Assembly: GCA_963663965.2 (NCBI GenBank)
Contig: CAXXFK010000030.1
Location: 160,001 to 224,000 of the forward strand
DNA from: Sedimentisphaerales bacterium
Lineage (GTDB): Bacteria > Planctomycetota > Phycisphaerae > Sedimentisphaerales > SM23-30
Length of the DNA stretch: 64,000 nucleotides
Direction of reading: 5' to 3'
Shown here: piece by piece, positions 52,919 to 62,528 of the stretch
Layout of the letters: every line of letters starts with the position of its first letter
How positions within the stretch are numbered: the first letter of the stretch is position 1
Program-made: the position numbers and the translations under genes
Notes under the pieces: model-generated
What the model was told of the DNA's origin: nothing
The model's input: only the letters and a program-made list of their open reading frames with translations
The model's database searches: none

Positions 52919-54868
52919 TTATCGGACGAGATCAAGGCATCGCCGGGCGATGTGCCGGGCGGATACCTGGTCCAGCAACCGTTGGCGGGCCCGCCGGGCC
53001 ACGGTCTGGCGATGATCAGGATGGTCCAGAAAATGGCGGATCTTGCGTACCAGGTCTTCGGGGGTATCAAAAGTGATCAACTCATCGGACAGGTTGAAAA
53101 GCTTGCCGAGACATCCTTCGGAGTTGATATCGGGATTGGTTCGCACCAGCACCAGCTTTTCAGCGGCGATCGCGCTCAATAGCCCGGCGGTCGGCCGGCT
53201 GACCGGTTCGATCTCGAGGACCAGTTTGACCGATTGGTACAGCCGGTTCAGGGATGCGTCGTACGCGACCACACCGGCAACATGATCCCGGCAGGGCGAT
53301 TCGCTCCAGGTGGTGCCCAGACGTTGGTTAACCGGTTCATTGACTCCGGCCCAGTCCCAGATCTTCAGATCGTAGCCGCGGGCCAGCACATATTTGCAGT
53401 AGGTATCTTTCAAGGCCGACCGGCCGATAAACTGCCGGATGATACGGGTAAAGTTATCGCGCAGTTCTTTTTCCTGTAAGGTTACGCCGCAGGCCTGGGC
53501 CCGGTTGAGATAACGATGAGCGCTTTCGGTGTGAAAACCGGCCGGGGCCTTTTCGATCTCGGCGAGGATGTGTTTCCAGAGCAGTTGATGAGAGGGCAGG
53601 TTGATCTGGTAACGTTGCGGTTCGGTACTGTAGCGATCGGATATCATCGCGATATCGCTGCATAAACCCTCCTCGACTACGCAATGGCCGGCCGGGAAAA
53701 ACAGATGCGGATCGACCGGCGGGGCGATCAAGGCCGTGCGTTCGTTTGCCAGACCCTTTTCGCGCAGCGCCGACAGGACATCCGGGCGGTAACAAACCAC
53801 GCCATCCTGCGGCCCTGCTAATTTGGCGATCTGGTCCGGCAGATCGTCAGCCGGTTGCGTCCAGACGGTCAGGCATCGAACCGAGCCGGGTATCGCCAAG
53901 CCCGATTCGTTCCGGAATTTATTGACCATAACCAGCAGATCCGGATCATGGTCAACGATATTTTTAAGCTGCCAGTGCATGGCGACTTGTCCAGGTTGAT
54001 CGGTTTTGAGCCATTGGGCCGATCCGCCCCAATCGGCGAAGCCGGCCAGCAGATCACGGCTCTGATAGATCGTATCCCGCGAAACCCCGCCGGGCAGGTT
54101 GATGGTGCGGAGTCGGGCGGGATCGGAATAATCGACCGTGGTCTGGTGTCGTTCGGCTGCTTTTTTGTTCCAGAGTTCTGTCAGCGAATTCAGTTGATTT
54201 TTTTGCTCCACGGCGATCGATTCCATGGCCTGGGTCACCTGGCGGTTGAACGCGCTGTTTTCCTGACGGGTTCGCCAGGGGCACATGACCGTAGTGGTGA
54301 CAATCTGGTAGCCTGGATTGCTGTGATAAAACCCAGCCAGCAGTTCGGTTGGGTTATCACCGCACAGCAGCACGAGCCGGCCGGAACTGAGCGGTGCGCT
54401 CAGGTCATGTAACTGAAAAACCAGTTTCAGGTTACGTGGGCCCCGGGCCAGGTTTTCAAAGGCGATTAGTGACTGGGCCAGACCGACTTTTTTCTCCAGC
54501 AGCAGCCGGGCGATAAACCCATTGCCGACTTCCACCATGGCCAGGTTGCCAGAGCCGGTTTCGATCCGTTCCAGCAAACTCTGGGCGGCATAAAAAGGCG
54601 TGGAACAATAGCCCAGCCATTCCGTTTCGAATATTTCACAGGGTACTTTGAAAGTGACCGAACCATCCAGCGCGACGACCCTTTCCACACCCGGCGGGAT
54701 CCCGGCCTGACGGATTTGCTCAGCCAGCTCCGGTTGAGTGGCCGCCAGCGCCGCCAAGTTGGCTTCCAGCAGTTCGGCCGCCGGCCATTCTTTCAGGAGG
54801 CGCTCTACATCGGCGGCCGGTTCGGTCAGTCGATCCGGAAAGCTAATCGAATCGCCCGTCTGCATCAT
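52919..54868 (-). CDS. Glycosyltransferase-family protein (C-terminal GT-B/CgeB-like domain)
   Basis: ELITFDTPEDLVRKIRHFL.HPD.RQ.VA..ARQR C-terminus; LLEANLAAL N-terminus. Confidence 0.7.
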   Translation of the reverse strand: MMQTGDSISFPDRLTEPAADVERLLKEWPAAELLEANLAALAATQPELAEQIRQAGIPPGVERVVALDGSVTFKVPCEIFETEWLGYCSTPFYAAQSLLERIETGSGNLAMVEVGNGFIARLLLEKKVGLAQSLIAFENLARGPRNLKLVFQLHDLSAPLSSGRLVLLCGDNPTELLAGFYHSNPGYQIVTTTVMCPWRTRQENSAFNRQVTQAMESIAVEQKNQLNSLTELWNKKAAERHQTTVDYSDPARLRTINLPGGVSRDTIYQSRDLLAGFADWGGSAQWLKTDQPGQVAMHWQLKNIVDHDPDLLVMVNKFRNESGLAIPGSVRCLTVWTQPADDLPDQIAKLAGPQDGVVCYRPDVLSALREKGLANERTALIAPPVDPHLFFPAGHCVVEEGLCSDIAMISDRYSTEPQRYQINLPSHQLLWKHILAEIEKAPAGFHTESAHRYLNRAQACGVTLQEKELRDNFTRIIRQFIGRSALKDTYCKYVLARGYDLKIWDWAGVNEPVNQRLGTTWSESPCRDHVAGVVAYDASLNRLYQSVKLVLEIEPVSRPTAGLLSAIAAEKLVLVRTNPDINSEGCLGKLFNLSDELITFDTPEDLVRKIRHFLDHPDHRQTVARRARQRLLDQVSARHIARRCLDLVR

Positions 54869-55803
54869 AATGATCCGGAACCACCCCGGACCGTGCGTTT
54901 ACCGGCCGGTTGTTCGTCCGGGTGCGTTTCTTCCGGCCGGAGGATTTCCACCGCGCAGTAGCCAAACTGCTGCAGACGGTTGGTCTTGAGTTTGATATCA
55001 CAGGGATTGCACCGGCCGAATTCATCGCACGGCCGGAATTCGCCGGTCATGGTGAAATCCGGGTCCAGAATCGAACCGACAGGTTCAAAGCCATCATAGA
55101 GATAATGGTGGCAGCGGTGGATGCCGCCCTGGGGATCGATCAGCAGTTCGGTCGTCCGGCACATGACCGGTTGGCCGGGTTCGTTGGAACAGGCCTGCGG
55201 GTAATGATAAGTGCCGTAGAGCCGGCCATCATGCCGGCCCAGAAACTCTTTTGTGCGGAAATCGAGCCCCTTTTCGGTCGCGATCCGCTGACATTCCAGA
55301 ATATGATCCTCCTGGTCCGGGTGGAGTACCCCAAAGATTCCGATCGAAAAGCCCACATCCTGTAAGCGGCGGGTTTTGTTCAGTAATTCGTCGAAATCGA
55401 CCTCGGTGGGATGATAGCTGACCCGGATGGAGGCGTAAGGCGCGTCGCGCCAGAGCCGTTCGGGATCGACCCGCCGGATCATTTCTTTTTCGTCGAAGGC
55501 CAGGTTGGTCAGGATATCGATCCGGATCCGGTCCGGCAGGCCGTTGATAATCTCGTAAAAACCCGGATGGACGCTCGGTTCACCGCCCTGCAGGGTCACC
55601 GGTACGACGCCTTCATCCCGTTTCAGGTTGGTCAGGCGCGACAGGCCCGCGATCCACTGGTCCGCGGTCAGGTGATGCGTGCCGTTGCGTCGCGAGCCGT
55701 ATTCATTGATACAATACGAGCATCGATAGGGACAGGCCATGGTTAAAAATGCCGCGATATAATTGCAGTCCTCTTTAACTGGTATGTCGGGTAATGATCC
55801 CAC
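54865..55803 (-). CDS. Radical SAM protein with C-terminal auxiliary Cys cluster
   Basis: CPYRCSYC, GGEP, C-terminal C..C.....C..C. Confidence 0.9.
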   Translation of the reverse strand: MGSLPDIPVKEDCNYIAAFLTMACPYRCSYCINEYGSRRNGTHHLTADQWIAGLSRLTNLKRDEGVVPVTLQGGEPSVHPGFYEIINGLPDRIRIDILTNLAFDEKEMIRRVDPERLWRDAPYASIRVSYHPTEVDFDELLNKTRRLQDVGFSIGIFGVLHPDQEDHILECQRIATEKGLDFRTKEFLGRHDGRLYGTYHYPQACSNEPGQPVMCRTTELLIDPQGGIHRCHHYLYDGFEPVGSILDPDFTMTGEFRPCDEFGRCNPCDIKLKTNRLQQFGYCAVEILRPEETHPDEQPAGKRTVRGGSGSL

Positions 55804-55847
55804 GGATCGTTTTCTCCAGCTTGAGATTATTTTATTCGCCGTCCGAT

Positions 55848-56891
55848 CTACAGTTTGCTGCTGACGGACGGTTTGTTATCCGCCGGCATATCCAGCGGCT
55901 CGGGCACCATGGGCGAGTGCATCAGTTCTTCCACCGCCTCGACCACGGTATCGACCGTCAGGAATTCCATACAGGTTTCGTTAAATTCGCATTGCGCTTG
56001 AAAACAGGGCACACAGGCCCGGTCGCAACCGGGGGTAAGTTTGACGCCGCAACCGTACATGTAGACCATTTCCGGCGGGGTGGAACCGAACAACGCGACG
56101 ATTTTCTTGCGCAGCGCCAGCGACATGTGCAAGCCCAGTGAATCGCAGGTGACAATCAACCGGCAGGAAGCCAGCCAGTCGATATAATGCCGGACACTGT
56201 TCAGCGACTGCTGCCAGCAGACCGCGTAACGCTCGCTCAGGCGGCGGTAGAGTTCCTGCCAGTGGCTCTGGGGCCACAGTTTGGTCGGCCACTTGGGCCC
56301 CACGTGGCAATTTAATCCGATATCGTAGATATCCACCAGTTTGGGTTGGTAGCCCAGGACATAGCGCTCGCCGGACCATTCCAGTCCGACGGTTTTGAAC
56401 AGGCTCTCCTGCATCGGGCGGTAATCGCCCCGGTTCAGGCATTCGCTCAAGCCGGCTACGGATTCGGGATAGTAACAGTCATTACCGCTGGCCGCCCAGT
56501 TTTTAAATCCGAACCGGTGTGTGGCTGAAATGGATTCGGCAAACTCACACCAGTCTTTCTGTTTTTCCAGATTGATCAGGATATCGTAGTGGCCGGCGAT
56601 TTGTCCTTCGGGCAGCTCTTCCGGATTATCCGCAAGGATCAGGCTGTTGATCAGGTGATTCTGGGTTAAAAGATCGTGGGCGGCCCTTGCCGAAATCCAG
56701 GTGACATGATATCCCCGGTACGCTTCCAGCAGACAGGTACAGCGAAAGACATCGCCATAACTGACCACGGGCGAAATGTTGTGATCGCAAGTCTCTGAAA
56801 ATCCGTGCTTTATGATCAATACACGTTGCCGTTCTGCCATGAGCTTCCTTACTCTTTCTGGATCGCAATCCTGGTTACAGTTACTATCCAT
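55848..56891 (-). CDS. Glycosyltransferase family 9 (heptosyltransferase-like)
   Basis: YGDV, KWPTKLWP, DSLGLHMSLAL...VALFGST. Confidence 0.88.
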   Translation of the reverse strand: MDSNCNQDCDPERVRKLMAERQRVLIIKHGFSETCDHNISPVVSYGDVFRCTCLLEAYRGYHVTWISARAAHDLLTQNHLINSLILADNPEELPEGQIAGHYDILINLEKQKDWCEFAESISATHRFGFKNWAASGNDCYYPESVAGLSECLNRGDYRPMQESLFKTVGLEWSGERYVLGYQPKLVDIYDIGLNCHVGPKWPTKLWPQSHWQELYRRLSERYAVCWQQSLNSVRHYIDWLASCRLIVTCDSLGLHMSLALRKKIVALFGSTPPEMVYMYGCGVKLTPGCDRACVPCFQAQCEFNETCMEFLTVDTVVEAVEELMHSPMVPEPLDMPADNKPSVSSKL

Positions 56892-57480
56892 GTCGGATAC
56901 ATTATCGGTCCAACATGAATTTTTACTCGATATACCGACTGTACCTGGGTTCAGCCAGCAAGTTCCGTCTATAACAATAAGATTGGCCGGGCAAAATCGC
57001 CGTTTTTGACGTTATGTGCTATAACGCTTTACCGAATAAGGCGTTAAATGATTAATGACTTAGCTGTACAATTTGGACTATTGTTACCAAAGACCGATAA
57101 CAATGCAAGGATTTATTAGCAAATTGTTTGTGCTCCAATTTTATCCCCAGAATAAGCGCTCTTTGAAATTATCAACAGGTTATCCCCAAATTATAGCCTG
57201 GCGGGATCGGATTGAATAAAAAAGTCATAAGATATTTTAAGGTAGTGAGTTATACCAAAAGACCTGCCTGGCGATTCGGAGTCCAGGCATCATCAATGTG
57301 TATCAGTATACCAAGCCGTTCAAATTATGGAGAAATCTTGCATATCATATCCCGTCTCTTATTAAGGTGATTGAATATTTTACTGGATTATCGCCGGAGA
57401 TTTTAATAAACCTTCTCTTATCTTAAAGTGTTCCCAGATAAACATGCCTTTAAAACAGAATTATGAAAGGAGTATGTAAA

Positions 57481-58209
57481 ATGAAAAAAGGTTGTCTGAT
57501 CGCGGTTGTTATTATTGGGTTATTTCTCTTTGCCGGGATTGCCGGGGTTGGGTATCTGGCCAAGAAAATGGGCGGTATGGCCAAAGAATTTCAGACTACT
57601 TTGGCTGAAATGCGTCAGGAAAGTGACCGGCTCAATGCGGCTTATCCTTTTGAAGAACCCGCCGCCATTGCGCTGACGGTTCCGCAGGTCGAAAATCTCA
57701 TCGCGATCCGGCAGGAACTGGATCAGGCCGCCAGTGAAACGGCTTTCTTTCAGAAAGTCAAACAGTTCGAAAACCAGAAAGACAGCGGCGAAAAACCGGG
57801 CTTTAAAGATGTGATGACTTTTTTCAGTTCGATCGCTTCTTCAATGAAACAGATTTCCCAGGCCTGGATGACGATTCTGGATCAACACCAGGTCTCGCCC
57901 CGGGAATATCATTATGTTTCTTCGGTGATCCTGTCTGTCATCGCGGATGAATTGAATCAAGGGCGACTCAAAGAGGAGATTTCTACGGAGATGAGCCGCG
58001 GCCTGCGCCGGATGATACTGCAAGCCGAAGAAGAACGGACCGATCTTTACCAGATTTATAACGCCGTTCAGAATCTGGATGAAGCCACCCATGCCCAGCT
58101 GGTGGAGACCATCCGGCCCTGCCTGGATAAAATCAACCAGTTTGAAGAGACCCTTTATTTCGATGCGTTCCTGACCAACGTGCAGATGAATTTCAGTAAG
58201 GAGCAGTGA
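57481..58209 (+). CDS. Hypothetical protein with N-terminal TM
   Basis: MKKGCLIAVV; AAGGAG RBS. Confidence 0.8.
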   Translation: MKKGCLIAVVIIGLFLFAGIAGVGYLAKKMGGMAKEFQTTLAEMRQESDRLNAAYPFEEPAAIALTVPQVENLIAIRQELDQAASETAFFQKVKQFENQKDSGEKPGFKDVMTFFSSIASSMKQISQAWMTILDQHQVSPREYHYVSSVILSVIADELNQGRLKEEISTEMSRGLRRMILQAEEERTDLYQIYNAVQNLDEATHAQLVETIRPCLDKINQFEETLYFDAFLTNVQMNFSKEQ

Positions 58210-58308
58210 TTGCCGTTGCGGGTGAGCCCGACCGGCAGGCTTCTGTGACTTCCTCTGACGCTCTGTATTTAAGTATTATTAATCTGGTTCACTTTATGTG
58301 AGGAATTT

Positions 58309-59040
58309 ATGGATACGATTTATGTTTGGTTGGAGTATGTTTTTCTGTTCGCGATCTTGTTATCGATACTGGCGGCTTTAAAAAAAATCGCAGGAAAAAG
58401 CAAAAAAACATTCAGAAGCGCTTTGCTGTTATTTTCCTGGATGATAGTGGGCGCTGGACTTTGGGTGGTTGTGGCGGGGCATTTAAGGAATGGCCATTGG
58501 ATCTGGGAACGGGAGAGCGAATACCGGCCTGAATCGGGCGTGGCATTGGATTCGTCAAAAAAGATGAATCCGCCTGAGTCGGGGATTTTTGTTAATAATG
58601 AATATGGATTTTCAATTGTATTCCCGGATGGGTGGCTGATCAATCCGACGGTCCCGGGTGATTCCATTAAGGTTAAAGCGGTTCACCGGGATAGCGTGAC
58701 GGATAATTTTTCTGAATTGAATATTGATGTAAAAGAAAATGAATGGGGCGGCCGTTTTGCGGAGATGACGGCCAAAGATATCTGCAAAGCGGTGTACGGT
58801 GATACTGCTGAATTATTGGGATATGGGGAAGAGAAGATCGATGGCCATAAAGCATTATGGCAGACCCTGGTAATCTTTAAACAGGATGTCCCGACTTACG
58901 CAATCCATTACACTTTAGTGGATGGCGATTATGTGTATGATTTATGTGGCAATACGATGCACGGGGGTTATGAATGGTATAAAGAAAATGAGGATTTGCT
59001 AAAAACAGCCATTCGATCATTCAAGTTTTTGGAGAAATAA
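58309..59040 (+). CDS. Membrane protein with PsbP-like soluble domain
   Basis: Two TM, YGFSIVFPDGW, IDGHKA, terminal SFKF. Confidence 0.7.
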   Translation: MDTIYVWLEYVFLFAILLSILAALKKIAGKSKKTFRSALLLFSWMIVGAGLWVVVAGHLRNGHWIWERESEYRPESGVALDSSKKMNPPESGIFVNNEYGFSIVFPDGWLINPTVPGDSIKVKAVHRDSVTDNFSELNIDVKENEWGGRFAEMTAKDICKAVYGDTAELLGYGEEKIDGHKALWQTLVIFKQDVPTYAIHYTLVDGDYVYDLCGNTMHGGYEWYKENEDLLKTAIRSFKFLEK

Positions 59041-59050
59041 GGAATCCGGA

Positions 59051-59308
59051 CGGATGGCCTCGGCCTGGTTGTCCGGGGTGGCCTCCAAGAGAGTTTATGA
59101 GTCTTTCTCCAATTCTGCAACTAAGGAATATGGGTGTTATGACACAGCCTCGGATGGTCCCGGCTAGAGACTCTCAGCCCGCCTGAGGCGGATCTTCGAC
59201 CCTTCGGGCTTCAATGGTGCGATTGTATGATTGAAAGGAGGCATTTACCCGATGGCCATTGATGCGTCAGGCACCCACAAGCTTCGCTTTGCTGCGCTTG
59301 AAGGTGCC
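59051..59308 (+). mobile_element. Internally deleted derivative of the RAYT element at 60993-61779
   Basis: 59051-59089 matches the left end; 59225-59308 matches the last codons plus right repeat of the RAYT. Confidence 0.7.
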
Positions 59309-59397
59309 CGAGAGAGTTTAACGTAACCATCCGTCGATATCTATATGGATATGTGAAACTGAAGATGGTCCAATTGTTGATATAAACATAGTATTTT

Positions 59398-59508
59398 AGA
59401 GGCTGTTGCATAAACCCAGCCAATTAACGTAAGTCCTTATTTTACGTTGGTTGTTTTAACGAAAACAAAGGACTTAGGAGAATTACTGTTAATTGTGCAA
59501 CAGGCTCT
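59398..59508. mobile_element. ~110-bp MITE-like element
   Basis: Terminal inverted repeats AGAGGCTGTTGCATAA / TTGTGCAACAGGCTCT (14/16); internal inverted AAGTCCTT/AAGGACTT. Confidence 0.6.
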
Positions 59509-59526
59509 TTAATGGAGAATTAACGA

Positions 59527-60972
59527 ATGATATGGTTTTGGAGATTTATTGTTGCAATATTGGCGATAGCAAGTTTAGCTAGAGCAGATTCTGTGTGTTA
59601 TGAAAACAGCCAGATTCTTATTTCGGAATGCCGGCCAGATACAGTTTTGATCCCTTTATCGCTTAATGTAGCATTTGACGAATTAACCGAAGGAAACGCG
59701 GCGTTACATTACCGAAAGGCAATTAATCTGATTGATGAGAATCTGGACTTTAAATTAATCAAAGAAAGATTGAAATCAAATTTTGATAGTTACGACGATT
59801 ATCATCAAATTGTTTATTCCTATTCTTATATTTACCAGGAAATCAGAAGGGGAACATTTTGTGATCATTGTGATTGGGGCGAATTAGCGTATAAGAGTAC
59901 AGTAAGTAAGGAAATTTCTGATTTTAAAGGAATACAAAAATTAGTGGATTTATTACTGGTCAAAGTTCGTTACGAACTTATAAAAGAGGACCGGGCGGAC
60001 TTTGATGAGGTGATTGGCATAATAAGAGATGGTTTTAAGTTGTCTGCCAATCTAAATAAGAGCATGAACTATGAAAATCGCATTGCCGCATTTTTAATAT
60101 CGAAAGTCTTTTTGCGAGAGCTATATAATATTATACAACGACCTGGAGCGCCTATTCTTTTCGATGCGTTATCATCCTTCTATTACGATAATGGTCTTTA
60201 TCAGGCATATCGTGTTCATAATGGGAAGCCTTGGTTAGAGTTTCCTCGGCTCAAGTTACTATGCAATTTTGATATCTCCGATGAGGAGCGAATAGACATA
60301 TGGAACGAATATTGTGAAAGTGTGCATCGGGAATGGGAAAAAATAGATTTAAAAGGCACGCGAGTGAAACATGAAATCAAGCCGGAGATTTTAGCTGTTG
60401 TAAAAAAAGATCGTGAGCAGGCATTACAATTTTTTAAACAAAAGGGAATTAAACAGAAAAAGATTGAAGCTATCCCTGCACCGATTTTGGCTGAAATGTT
60501 CCATATGTGTTCTTATCAAGAGCAGTTAAACCGGATGTATCATTTAATGAAAATGGAGGCGTGGCTGGTTTTAGATGAAATCAGTTCTGCCAGAAAAGTA
60601 CTATTTGAAAAAACCTCATTTGCTACACTTACCTATTTTGATGATATTAATATTGAAATTGATACGATGAATCCATATGCTCCAGAACTTAGCATGTTTG
60701 CCAGCTATTATTATTTAACACTAGAACTCGAACAGCAGATAAGGATTCTTGTTATATTAGAAGCATTAAGAGATTATTTCTATAGTAATCAAAAATTAGC
60801 CGAATCATTATGTGATATTGCAAATAGATTGCCTATTGATCCAGTGACCGGAAAGTGTTTTGAGTATAGCAAAGTTGGGAATCAGGGAGTTATTGAATAC
60901 ACTATTATTAACTATGAATACGATAGAGAAGCAAGACAGGCAACCATTGTTTTTAAAGAAAATGGTGATTGA
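59527..60972 (+). CDS. AT-rich secreted hypothetical protein
   Basis: Signal peptide, GNAALHY, C..CDW, LPIDPVTGK.FEY. Confidence 0.8.
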   Translation: MIWFWRFIVAILAIASLARADSVCYENSQILISECRPDTVLIPLSLNVAFDELTEGNAALHYRKAINLIDENLDFKLIKERLKSNFDSYDDYHQIVYSYSYIYQEIRRGTFCDHCDWGELAYKSTVSKEISDFKGIQKLVDLLLVKVRYELIKEDRADFDEVIGIIRDGFKLSANLNKSMNYENRIAAFLISKVFLRELYNIIQRPGAPILFDALSSFYYDNGLYQAYRVHNGKPWLEFPRLKLLCNFDISDEERIDIWNEYCESVHREWEKIDLKGTRVKHEIKPEILAVVKKDREQALQFFKQKGIKQKKIEAIPAPILAEMFHMCSYQEQLNRMYHLMKMEAWLVLDEISSARKVLFEKTSFATLTYFDDINIEIDTMNPYAPELSMFASYYYLTLELEQQIRILVILEALRDYFYSNQKLAESLCDIANRLPIDPVTGKCFEYSKVGNQGVIEYTIINYEYDREARQATIVFKENGD

Positions 60973-60992
60973 TGAAGAGGTGAACTCAACGG

Positions 60993-61779
60993 CCGGGTGG
61001 CCTCGGCCAGGCTGTGCGGGGTGGCACCTTCAAGCGTAACGCAGTGGAGCTTGTGGGTGCAATAACGCTGCGATTGGAACTGGTTGACAATGGAAATTTG
61101 AACATGACACCAACTGGAAAACAGGCTTATGGAGACGATTGACGGCTATCGCAAGAAACGGCATGCGTTCAATATGCCGGGTCATTCGCATGAGCTGACT
61201 TTCAGTACCTTCCGGCGTCAGCAATTTTTGGGATACCGTTTATTCTGTGACTATTTCGTCGAGGCTGTCATCCAATCATCGCAAAAGTGGCAGTACGATG
61301 TCCGGGCGTTTGTGGTTATGCCTGACCATGTGCATCTGCTGATATCGCCCTTGCGACGGGAGTATCAAATTGAGCAGACTTTGAAGTCCATTAAGCAGAG
61401 TGTGGCGCGACGGGCGTTGAATCATTTACGCCGGGAAATTCCGGAAAAACTGGCCTGCCTGGCCACGGGCCAGAAACATGAGCCGTATCGGTTCTGGCAG
61501 GATGGCGGGGGTTATGATCGCAATATCACCTCGCGGGAGGCTTTTTATAATTCGTTGCGCTATATCCATTTTAACCCGGTCAAGCGCGGCCTTGTGGAGC
61601 GGCCGGAGTTGTGGTATTATTCCAGCTATCGCTTCTGGGCAGGGACAGGCGACAGCCCGGTGCCCGGTATGATAGAAAGGAGACATTTACCCGATAGCGA
61701 TTGATGCGTTTTGCACCCACAAGCTTCGCTTTGCTGCGCTTGAAGGTGCCACCCGGGACATGTTAACGAGGCCACCCGG
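60993..61779 (+). mobile_element. RAYT element with ~70-bp imperfect inverted flanks
   Basis: 60993-61062 is an imperfect reverse complement of 61711-61779 (GGTGGCACCTTCAAGCG...AGCTTGTGGGTGCAA). Confidence 0.8.
61129..61704 (+). CDS. REP-associated tyrosine transposase (Y1/HUH)
   Basis: HELTFS, VMPDHVHLL, FWQ...YDRNI, YIHFNPVKRGLV, WYYSS. Confidence 0.92.
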   Translation: METIDGYRKKRHAFNMPGHSHELTFSTFRRQQFLGYRLFCDYFVEAVIQSSQKWQYDVRAFVVMPDHVHLLISPLRREYQIEQTLKSIKQSVARRALNHLRREIPEKLACLATGQKHEPYRFWQDGGGYDRNITSREAFYNSLRYIHFNPVKRGLVERPELWYYSSYRFWAGTGDSPVPGMIERRHLPDSD

Positions 61780-61861
61780 GCGATCAGTTTCTGAGGTATG
61801 CTCTGGTACTGATTGATCATCAATAACTGTCCGCTGAAATATACCCGTATCAGGAGTTTTT

Positions 61862-62506
61862 ATGATCCAGACATTCAGTTTTACTGAGGCCGGCGAATCT
61901 TCGGCGAATGAGGATGCCTTTATCATCCAGCCGCATCCGGATGATCCGGACTGTTGGTTGTGCATGGTGGCCGATGGCCAGGGCGGCAGCGGCGGGGGAC
62001 GGGAGGCGGCCCGGCTGGCGGTGCAAACGGCCATGGACCGGATGGGCGCGTATCCGCCGGCCCAACTGGCGCTGGCCTCGACCTGGGGTTTGATACTCTT
62101 TGAGGTGGATCAGGCCGTCTTCCGGTCGTCCGAAGCGGGCCTGACCAGCCTGGTCTGCCTGGCGCTCTATCGGGAGTATGTCATGGGCGCGGCCAGCGGC
62201 GATTGCGCCGCGCTGGTTTTCAGTGGCCCGAGGCATTATAACCTGACCGCCACCCAGAGCGGCGATCCGGTGGGTTCAGGCGAGGTGGTCTGCAACGCCT
62301 TTTCCTACCCGCTGCAAGACCCGTGGAAGATCGTGGCCATGACCGACGGCGTCTGGAAATACGCCGGCTGGCAGCATGTATTCGATTATGCCCGCGAAAC
62401 CCCCGGCCAGGAACTGATCGACCGGCTGATTCTCAAAGCCCGGCTGCCCGGCTCCGGGAAATTTCAGGATGATTTTACCGTGGTGGTGCTGGAGAGTGAG
62501 GCGTAA
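61862..62506 (+). CDS. PP2C-family protein phosphatase
   Basis: NEDA, ADGQGG, GDC, MTDGVW, DDFT. Confidence 0.88.
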   Translation: MIQTFSFTEAGESSANEDAFIIQPHPDDPDCWLCMVADGQGGSGGGREAARLAVQTAMDRMGAYPPAQLALASTWGLILFEVDQAVFRSSEAGLTSLVCLALYREYVMGAASGDCAALVFSGPRHYNLTATQSGDPVGSGEVVCNAFSYPLQDPWKIVAMTDGVWKYAGWQHVFDYARETPGQELIDRLILKARLPGSGKFQDDFTVVVLESEA

Positions 62507-62528
62507 TATTTTATTTCAGGAGATAGCG

